Source: a bacterium (lineage in GTDB: Bacteria > Babelota > Babeliae > Babelales > RVW-14). Taken from it: DNA of 13,112 bases. The stretch is from the NCBI GenBank assembly GCA_043822925.1, contig JBDRBF010000066.1, positions 1 through 13,112 on the forward strand. The letters run 5' to 3'. Shown piece after piece: positions 1 to 6,406 of this stretch. The position numbers and the translations under genes were made by a program. Each line of letters opens with the position of its first letter. The first letter of the stretch is position 1. The notes under the pieces are model-generated. The model did no database searches. It saw nothing but the letters and a program-made list of their open reading frames with translations, and was not told the DNA's origin.

Positions 1-725
1 GGGATTTTGTTTAGTTTATAATTGGCTGCAGCGGCGATATATGATTCTGCAACGCCAATAGCTATTCCCGCTTTTGGTTTAGAGAACTGGTAAAATAATC
101 CGTTTGTTCTGCCGCCTGGAAGCATAAGAGTATGAGTTCCTGATGGGAGTTCTTCTTCAGTAATATATTGGAGGTTCCAGAGTACGCCGTTTGTATCATA
201 CATAGGGACGATGACTGCATAGCCATATTCAGGTGAAAAATCGTAACGGAGGCCGTAAGCTCCAACGTTTTGACTGAGCAAGTAATCAGATATGCCACCG
301 GTTTTTGCATTTGTCCAAATCTCAAGCGCTTGTCTTGCTATCGATCGGTAGGTCATCAGTGTTTTTGCTGATTCTTTTGATTCTGTCGAATTTATCTGAG
401 TATCAAACATCGTTACGTCTGTAATTGGTTTTAAAGCAGCGCCTTGTTTTGGGCTGTTTGAGATAAACGTTTCGCCTTTACGGTCGCTATTTTTTCCCTT
501 AAACCATGTTTTTAAACCAATACAGCCACCGGGCATCTCTGTAGCCTGTGTTTTATACGAATATTTTTTTGTATTATATTTTATGGGGTCTCTTTCATAG
601 CAGGCAATAATAGGAGATTTTTCGTTGCCAATTATGAGCTCGTCTACATCAAGACTTTGTGTTTGCAGATGGTTAAGGTGGGCTGCTATTTGTTCTTCGT
701 AGGTCTGAAATACTAATGGTTTCAC
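1..725 (-). CDS. Phage/plasmid-type primase-like Toprim-domain protein (COG4643-like), partial, runs off the left edge
   Basis: Manually translated; not in the ORF track. The frame is open from GTG (725-723) to the window edge, 241 codons: MKPLVFQTYEEQIAAHL...ARQALEIWTNAK...DYLLSQNVGAYGLRY...VVIPMYDTNGVLWNLQYI...MLPGGRTNGLFY...IGVAESYIAAA. The motif order YL..GLR / IPM.D..G.L.NLQ.I / L.GG...G.F / AE(G)Y matches P4-alpha/TraC-like primase cores. Confidence 0.75.
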   Translation of the reverse strand, partial: MKPLVFQTYEEQIAAHLNHLQTQSLDVDELIIGNEKSPIIACYERDPIKYNTKKYSYKTQATEMPGGCIGLKTWFKGKNSDRKGETFISNSPKQGAALKPITDVTMFDTQINSTESKESAKTLMTYRSIARQALEIWTNAKTGGISDYLLSQNVGAYGLRYDFSPEYGYAVIVPMYDTNGVLWNLQYITEEELPSGTHTLMLPGGRTNGLFYQFSKPKAGIAIGVAESYIAAAANYKLNKI

Positions 726-867
726 TCGTTTGTTCTTTCAAGTAGTATAGAAGGGGGAACTTTTAGTCGTTTAAGAGAGAAGACTTTATACAATCATAAT
801 AGCATAAGATGTTCTAATCTGCTATTGGGGGTTTATGCTTTTGTTTACACGGTTATTGTGAATTTTT

Positions 868-895
868 TTGCAAAAAACTTTTAAGACAATATAAT
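868..895 (+). promoter_or_regulatory. Putative sigma70 promoter for the RBR-like gene
   Basis: TTGCAA (868-873), 16-nt spacer, perfect TATAAT (890-895). The -35 sits inside the palindrome TTTTTTGCAAAAAA (864-877). The -10 overlaps the ORF-track ATG at 894, which argues for a downstream start. Confidence 0.5.
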
Positions 896-971
896 GGGTT
901 TCTCAAAAAGATTTACGAGTGTTTATTGGGAGAAATATGGGGAAAAGACTATACAATTTGGTTATTTGTTT

Positions 972-2480
972 ATGAAAAAAATGGCGGCAGTAATTTTTGT
1001 TCTTTTTGGAACTTTTTCGTTATTGCAAGCACAATCATGGGGTCAGGTACAGGCACGTTCGGCAACGGTTGCAAATTATGCTGAAATGGGGCTTGCCCTT
1101 GCCAGCATTCCGGCTGATATTGCTGCGCATGTACAGGACGGGAAAAAGAATAAAAAAACGTCGCTTATTTTACATCTTGCGTACGATGCGCTCAGCATTT
1201 TGAATAAATTTTTTTCTATTTATAACGATATTAAAATGCAAGAGCGTGATGGTAATGTTGCTGGCGCGAGCAAAGAGTTTTCTGTTAATGGCGTTATTAT
1301 GCTGTGTGATTTAATACAGTTGGGTCAGCATGCTAAACAGTTTTTACAGATAAAAGATGAACCTCAGGAGTCACTAGAGATATTAGATGCTCAAACTGAA
1401 AAAGAAATATCGGCGCTTGCTTCTACTTGGAACACTGTTGGCCTGACGAGTTTTAAGGGTGTAACGGCTTTTGCATTGGCGTGGTGTCAGAGCAACAATA
1501 GTGGGGCAAAAGCGCGCGCCGTATGCGCTGTTGCACATGCTCTTACGCGGTTATTAGATGCATATGCGCAGATGGACCCTCGTTCTTCTTATCGAAATTT
1601 TGTTTTGGTCGCAATTTTGGCAAATGCTGCATGGCTTATTTTTGAATTAACCAATCAAGAGTTAGAGCTGGAGTCAAAAAAACTACAGAAAAAGCGAGCT
1701 CAAAAAAAAGAGTTAAAGGCAGGTGAGCCAGGTTTTTGTGGTTATTGTTGGAATTATAAGAATAATGTGATCATAGGTGTTGATGGGGTTTGTTATTGTT
1801 CTGATTGCAGAGCACGAGATAGTTTTTTGTTGCAGCCAGAGTTGCCGGCAAGAAATAATTGGCCGCAGGTTGCTCCGGTTAGGTCAGAGGCTGGTTTGGT
1901 TAAGCCTGCGGTAGGGCAAGATGGACAAGTAAATAATCAGCCGATTAAATGTCCAATTTGCATGGAAGAAAAAAACGAAGATGATATGTTCGTGTTAGGG
2001 TGTGAAGATCATTTTTGTCGGGATTGCATGCAGGGACATCTTAAGGTTCGTTATGAAGATCATGGAACAGATTTTGATAGAGTAGTTTGTCTCAACCCAA
2101 ATTGTGCACATCATTATGTGATAGGAAGAGATGAAATCCAAGCTATTAATAATGATCCAAAATATCTTGAGAGGTATGATAATGCTGCTCGTGAACATCA
2201 ACAGGCGGAAATGGGCAAAAAACTTGGAGCTGAAAATATTGATTTAAGTATGTTTGGTGGAAGTATAAAATCATGTCCTAAGTGTGGTAATGGGGTCGAG
2301 AAAGATGGAGGATGTGATCATATGACGTGTAAGTGCCGCCATGAGTTTTGTTGGCGTTGTTTAGGGGATAGAAGAAGTTATTCAGGACATACTTGTTATC
2401 AAACAGCGCCTTTATTGCGTAATTCTACGACTGCTCGGTATCTTAATCAGAATTCGACACCTGTATTAAATTTTCGGTGA
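972..2480 (+). CDS. Exported/membrane-associated RBR-type (Ariadne-like) E3 ubiquitin ligase-like protein: RING1 + RING2/Rcat, no IBR
   Basis: Likely start is ATG 972 with signal peptide MKKMAAVIFVLFGTFSLLQA. Hydrophobic segment at 1599-1649. Cys cluster at 1737-1808. RING1 CPIC..CEDHFCRDC..CLNPNC at 1950-2105. Rcat CPKC..VEKDGGCDHMTCKCRHEFCWRC..H.C at 2274-2396. Confidence 0.85.
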   Translation: MKKMAAVIFVLFGTFSLLQAQSWGQVQARSATVANYAEMGLALASIPADIAAHVQDGKKNKKTSLILHLAYDALSILNKFFSIYNDIKMQERDGNVAGASKEFSVNGVIMLCDLIQLGQHAKQFLQIKDEPQESLEILDAQTEKEISALASTWNTVGLTSFKGVTAFALAWCQSNNSGAKARAVCAVAHALTRLLDAYAQMDPRSSYRNFVLVAILANAAWLIFELTNQELELESKKLQKKRAQKKELKAGEPGFCGYCWNYKNNVIIGVDGVCYCSDCRARDSFLLQPELPARNNWPQVAPVRSEAGLVKPAVGQDGQVNNQPIKCPICMEEKNEDDMFVLGCEDHFCRDCMQGHLKVRYEDHGTDFDRVVCLNPNCAHHYVIGRDEIQAINNDPKYLERYDNAAREHQQAEMGKKLGAENIDLSMFGGSIKSCPKCGNGVEKDGGCDHMTCKCRHEFCWRCLGDRRSYSGHTCYQTAPLLRNSTTARYLNQNSTPVLNFR

Positions 2481-2519
2481 GTTGAATTATCCAATCCCGA
2501 CTTGGCGGCATCAAGGTTA

Positions 2520-2981
2520 TTAATTAATTGAGAAAACTACTAGATGTGTATTTTTACTGGCTGTGGTCATTGGGATTCCAGCAAGTTCGCCTTCTTCTTG
2601 AATTTCTTTAATATACATATTCTTTTCCCTAATAAAAAAGATTTCTACATCATATGTATCATCAATAAATTTTTTATTTCGATACGCAAGGTTCAGGTCA
2701 TTACAAGAAAAGGGCTTACCTGAAGGCTCTCGCTTAAGCCAATCGGGGATTTGGTAATTGTCTTGCACAAATATAATAAAATCAAAATCAGAATATAAAC
2801 TATTGCGAAATCCTGGTGGCTCATATTTGCCGAAATCATTCTTTACTGAAGAACCAATTAAACAAATTTTGATAATTTTTTCGTTTGGCAAAAACAGAGA
2901 TAAGATTTTATTAATCGCTTTTTTTCTTAGTAGTTCTGTTTTAGTAGAAGAATAAACTTTTTTTCTTGGTCTGTTTTTCAT
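2520..2981 (-). CDS. DNA polymerase beta-superfamily nucleotidyltransferase domain protein
   Basis: 153 aa with the hGS...DhD signature (ICLIGSS...YSDFDFIIFV) and a later acidic strand (YDVEIFF). Confidence 0.7.
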   Translation of the reverse strand: MKNRPRKKVYSSTKTELLRKKAINKILSLFLPNEKIIKICLIGSSVKNDFGKYEPPGFRNSLYSDFDFIIFVQDNYQIPDWLKREPSGKPFSCNDLNLAYRNKKFIDDTYDVEIFFIREKNMYIKEIQEEGELAGIPMTTASKNTHLVVFSIN

Positions 2982-2986
2982 GGGTT

Positions 2987-3895
2987 TTATTCTTTTTTAT
3001 AAGCGTAAATTAAGCTGTCTTTAATTTCAAAAGAAAAACCAGCTTTATTAAAGATATCGAACAGTTGTGCAAGCTTGCTTAGTGGCGCGTGATATTCCAT
3101 AATTATTTTATTAATAAATTTTAATTTATCTTGATCAAAGAGATCTTGAAAAACGTCGTACTCGGCGCCTTCTATATCTATTTTTAAAAGGTCTACGTCT
3201 TGATTTATATAGTTTGATAATCTTGTTATAGGCACGATTTCATAGTTTTCTGTTTTGCCGTTTTGGCTTTGGCAAACGGTTCCAGATGTTGACCCTGGAT
3301 TATAGAGTTTTATTTCGCCATTTTCTTTATATGCGAGAGCTTTTTTGAAAACTTGAACTTGTGTAATATTGTTATTTTTTATGTTTTTTCCCAAAAGCTC
3401 AAAATTTGTTTTGCTGGGCTCAAAGCCGATAATTTTCGCATCAGGGTACATTTTTTTGAAAAATAGAATACTTATACCAATATTGCTGCCCGCGTCAATA
3501 ATAAACGGCTCTTTATTTTGTGATTCAAAGGCATAAATCTTATGGATAAAAATCTCGTTTACTAAGCAAAAAAGCATGACATAATCGGTAAAACTAATAT
3601 TAAGACCTAGAATATTCTCTGAGTAAATAGTCCCGTTCTTTGGTTGGTGAGAAGCATCTTTGAGTAGAAGTTTTGTGTTTGCGTAAATTTTTTGGAACGT
3701 ACTTGGTTCGCCTGGATACTCAAAAGTATCTTTTTTTATGTTTTTCTTAATAAATGCACCGGTACTATTTATTAAAAAATTAAATGGTCGAGCGGGAACT
3801 GTTAATTTTGCGGTTAAAAATAATAAGCCAAATAAAAAGACAAAAAAAACCGTAACATCAAGTATCATTCTGAGTAGTTTTAAAATTATATTCAT
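2987..3895 (-). CDS. FkbM-family SAM-dependent methyltransferase with N-terminal membrane anchor
   Basis: Motifs IIDAGSNIG, IIGFEP, DLLKIDIEGAE and MEYH; hydrophobic N-terminus VTVFFVFLFGLLFLTA. Confidence 0.9.
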   Translation of the reverse strand: MNIILKLLRMILDVTVFFVFLFGLLFLTAKLTVPARPFNFLINSTGAFIKKNIKKDTFEYPGEPSTFQKIYANTKLLLKDASHQPKNGTIYSENILGLNISFTDYVMLFCLVNEIFIHKIYAFESQNKEPFIIDAGSNIGISILFFKKMYPDAKIIGFEPSKTNFELLGKNIKNNNITQVQVFKKALAYKENGEIKLYNPGSTSGTVCQSQNGKTENYEIVPITRLSNYINQDVDLLKIDIEGAEYDVFQDLFDQDKLKFINKIIMEYHAPLSKLAQLFDIFNKAGFSFEIKDSLIYAYKKE

Positions 3896-3922
3896 AACTA
3901 ATTATCTTTCTAAATTAAAAAC

Positions 3923-3947
3923 TTGAATTTAAACATTGAATTTAAAC
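3923..3947. repeat. Tandem direct repeat TTGAATTTAAAC x2 in the divergent promoter region
   Basis: Exact 12-mer copies at 3923-3934 and 3936-3947 (13-bp period). Confidence 0.7.
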
Positions 3948-4023
3948 CGTATGGATTTTACTATACCAAATACGTTGTTGAATGAAATAAAATGAGTGTG
4001 AAATATTTTAGAGAGGAAGAAGG

Positions 4024-5187
4024 ATGATTGTTTCAGGTATTCAAACAATGCTTTTTACTTGTGTCATTTTTATGAGCATTTTGTGGGCTTTTATATGTAT
4101 TAAAATACTTTTTTTAAACCAGCGTTTACAGAAAATTTTTATGATTTTGTGGAGTGGCTTTTTGCTTTTGATTGCATGTTTTTGTTTGTCAAAACAAACA
4201 ATTCTAGCTGTCGTGCTTTATAATATAATTACTTTTGCTTTTAGTATAAGTTTACTGGCTTGTGTTGCGTTATTGTATGTTATTCGTAAATATAAGCGGT
4301 TACAGTCAGTTCTGTATGATTTCTTTTTGTTTTTTAAATCAAAGATGCTTAAAAAAACACAGCTTTCTTATGATAAACGTTTAATTTTTAAGCATTATAT
4401 CTTGTACGTATTACGTTATATACGTGCTTTAGAGTTTGTAAAAACGCCGATATATAAGCAAGCCAAGCAAGATAAGCTTTTAAGTTATAAACTTTTTTTT
4501 GTTAACTATAGCAGTATGTTTGTCATGTTTAATGAGATTTTTGGCCATGAAGTTTACAAGTTTTCGTCAGATACTAAAACACCTGTTATTATTGATGCGG
4601 GTAGTAATATAGGACTTGCAATCTTATATTTTAAAGCCTGTTTTCCCGATGCGCATATTATTGGTTTTGAGCCAGGACCTGAAACGTTTCAGATTTTACA
4701 AAAAAATGTGATAGAAAATAAGCTTGCGAACGTTACAATTCATAATAAAGCACTTGATAATAAAACTGGTCAAATTACATTTTATACGTGTAAAGATAAC
4801 GCTGCGATTGGTGGATGGAGTCTTAAGAGTCAGACGAGCACGGCGTATCAAGAATGCCCACAACTTATAGATGCGACTCCCCTGTCGCCATATATAACCC
4901 AACCTGTTGATCTGCTCAAAATGGACATAGAAGGTGCTGAAACAGCTGTTTTGGAAGAGCTTGCAAGCTCTGGTAAACTCAAACTTGTTAAACGAATTAT
5001 TCTTGAGTATCACCATCATATGGTTAATGTGAACGAAGATAATTTATCTCTTGTTTTAAAACTTTTTGAAGACAATGGCTTTGGGTACCAATTTAATTAT
5101 GTAGAATTGGCTGTTCCTGAAAAAAATAATCGTAATGTCTTGATATTATATATTTATAATAAAGCGCTTGTTACGCATAATTTATAA
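4024..5187 (+). CDS. FkbM-family SAM-dependent methyltransferase with about three N-terminal transmembrane helices
   Basis: Motifs IIDAGSNIG, IIGFEP, DLLKMDIEGAE and LEYH; three hydrophobic stretches in the first ~90 aa; purine-rich RBS (GAGAGGAAGAAGG) directly before the ATG. Confidence 0.9.
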   Translation: MIVSGIQTMLFTCVIFMSILWAFICIKILFLNQRLQKIFMILWSGFLLLIACFCLSKQTILAVVLYNIITFAFSISLLACVALLYVIRKYKRLQSVLYDFFLFFKSKMLKKTQLSYDKRLIFKHYILYVLRYIRALEFVKTPIYKQAKQDKLLSYKLFFVNYSSMFVMFNEIFGHEVYKFSSDTKTPVIIDAGSNIGLAILYFKACFPDAHIIGFEPGPETFQILQKNVIENKLANVTIHNKALDNKTGQITFYTCKDNAAIGGWSLKSQTSTAYQECPQLIDATPLSPYITQPVDLLKMDIEGAETAVLEELASSGKLKLVKRIILEYHHHMVNVNEDNLSLVLKLFEDNGFGYQFNYVELAVPEKNNRNVLILYIYNKALVTHNL

Positions 5188-5197
5188 TATATAACGT

Positions 5198-5636
5198 ATG
5201 AATGTGTTAGATTATTTTAAGTCATGTCTAGAAGCGACTGTAAGTCTCATGGCCGTAAAAAATATGCTTACTGAAAATCAAGAAGCTGTTTGTATTATCG
5301 ACGTCAGAAACGGCCCTCCACAACTTTTAAAAACTAAAATTAAAGGGGCAATTGTTGTGCCACAAATGTTTATTGAACAGCGCCTGGACCAATTGCCTAA
5401 AGATAAAATTTTAATTTTGTATTGCAGGGAGACCTGGTGCAGCTTAGCTGTTAGCTGTCAAAGCTGCCGTACCGTTATTAGAACATGGTTTTAAAGTAAA
5501 AGAATTATACGGTGGCATGGCTGCTTGGAGTACGCTTAATTTGCCGGTTGAACCTGTTGATGGCTGCTCGGTTGTTGCGGGTGGTGATGATAATAAAAAA
5601 CAGGTTGCAGCTGTTAATTTCTGTTTTTATGCTTAA
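5198..5636 (+). pseudogene. Single-domain rhodanese-like protein, frameshifted by a 7-bp tandem duplication
   Basis: The first frame has IIDVR and LYCRETWC. TTAGCTG is duplicated at 5444-5457. Removing one copy gives ...CSLAVKAAVPLLEHGFKVKELYGGMAAW...FYA* (TAA 5634-5636, 143 aa), restoring the rhodanese L.GG..AW motif. Confidence 0.85.
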
Positions 5637-5648
5637 ATACGGCATTTT

Positions 5649-6119
5649 ATGACAAATAATTATCTTTGGTTGATTAAAATATCAATAAACAATTACCTAA
5701 AGAAAGTTATTTTAATAATTATTAAATATCTATCGCCAAAAGCAGGTTGGACTAGGGTTATTCGTCAGGCTCTTGGGATGACCAGTTATCAACTGGCTAG
5801 TTGAATGGGATGTAATCAATCAAATGTGGTTGCCCTTGAGCGGCGTGAACAAGCTGGAAATATTTCACTTAATTCTCTTGAGCAAGCAGCAAAGGCTATG
5901 AATTGTCGCTGTGTTTATTTTTTTGTGCCGCAAAAATCACTTAATCAAATTATGGAAGACCAGGCTCGTTTGGTTGCAAAAAAACGGCTTCAGGCCGTTG
6001 CTCATTCAATGTCATTAGAGCAACAGGGTCTTACGCCTGAGCAAACTAAACAACAAGAAGATTCGTTAATAGGTGAACTGCTATGGGCTAAAACTAAATT
6101 TTTCCCATGGGGCGAATAA
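5649..6119 (+). pseudogene. Mobile mystery protein A (XRE-HTH) with an internal nonsense codon
   Basis: One frame from ATG 5649: ..PKAGWTRVIRQALGMTSYQLAS*MGCNQSNVVALERREQAGNISLNSL..AMNC..VYFFVP..HSMSLEQQ. The in-frame TGA at 5802-5804 lies within the HTH. The GW..IR.ALGMT and HSM.LE.Q motifs are characteristic of the family. The start is uncertain. Confidence 0.8.
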
Positions 6120-6374
6120 ATCGCAACTGCCATATCCAGTTGCATAATGTAGCGCTGTTAATTGGAGTTCGTCAGATTTATTAATGAATTCAGAAACATT
6201 CAAGCTAATCTTGTGTAGTAAGGCTAATATTTCTTTGACTTGGGCAAAATCAAATAATTTTACAGCTGCTATGAGTTTTGTTTCTGTGGCACATTCTTTT
6301 TTCGGAGTTTCCATTCCATAAGCGCACGAAACGTGCATCGCTACAATAAGCATTGATAATAAAAGTTTTTTCAT
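6081..6374 (-). pseudogene. Secreted ankyrin-repeat protein, probably 3'-truncated
   Basis: Signal peptide MKKLLLSMLIVAMHVSCAYG followed by ME; RBS AGAGGGA. The ankyrin consensus INKSD..LTALHYA..YG breaks off mid-repeat where the ORF runs into the convergent gene (39-bp overlap). Confidence 0.6.
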
Positions 6375-6406
6375 AACAATTCCCTCTTTGTTTTTTAGTG
6401 TTAAAT

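Noticed and set aside
62-325. 87-aa ORF in the ORF track
   Set aside because: It is an alternative frame inside the longer primase-like frame (1-725), which carries the recognisable motifs.
894-971. ORF-track start of the RBR-like gene at 894
   Set aside because: The ATG overlaps a perfect TATAAT box, and ATG 972 opens a typical signal peptide.
2421-2465. NSTTA / NSTPV echo at the C-terminus of the RBR-like protein
   Set aside because: Too short and degenerate to distinguish from chance.
5802-5804. In-frame TGA as evidence of recoding (code 4/25 or selenocysteine)
   Set aside because: The long genes have no internal TGA and use TGG for Trp. The site corresponds to a usually basic HTH residue, so CGA-to-TGA nonsense is the simpler explanation.
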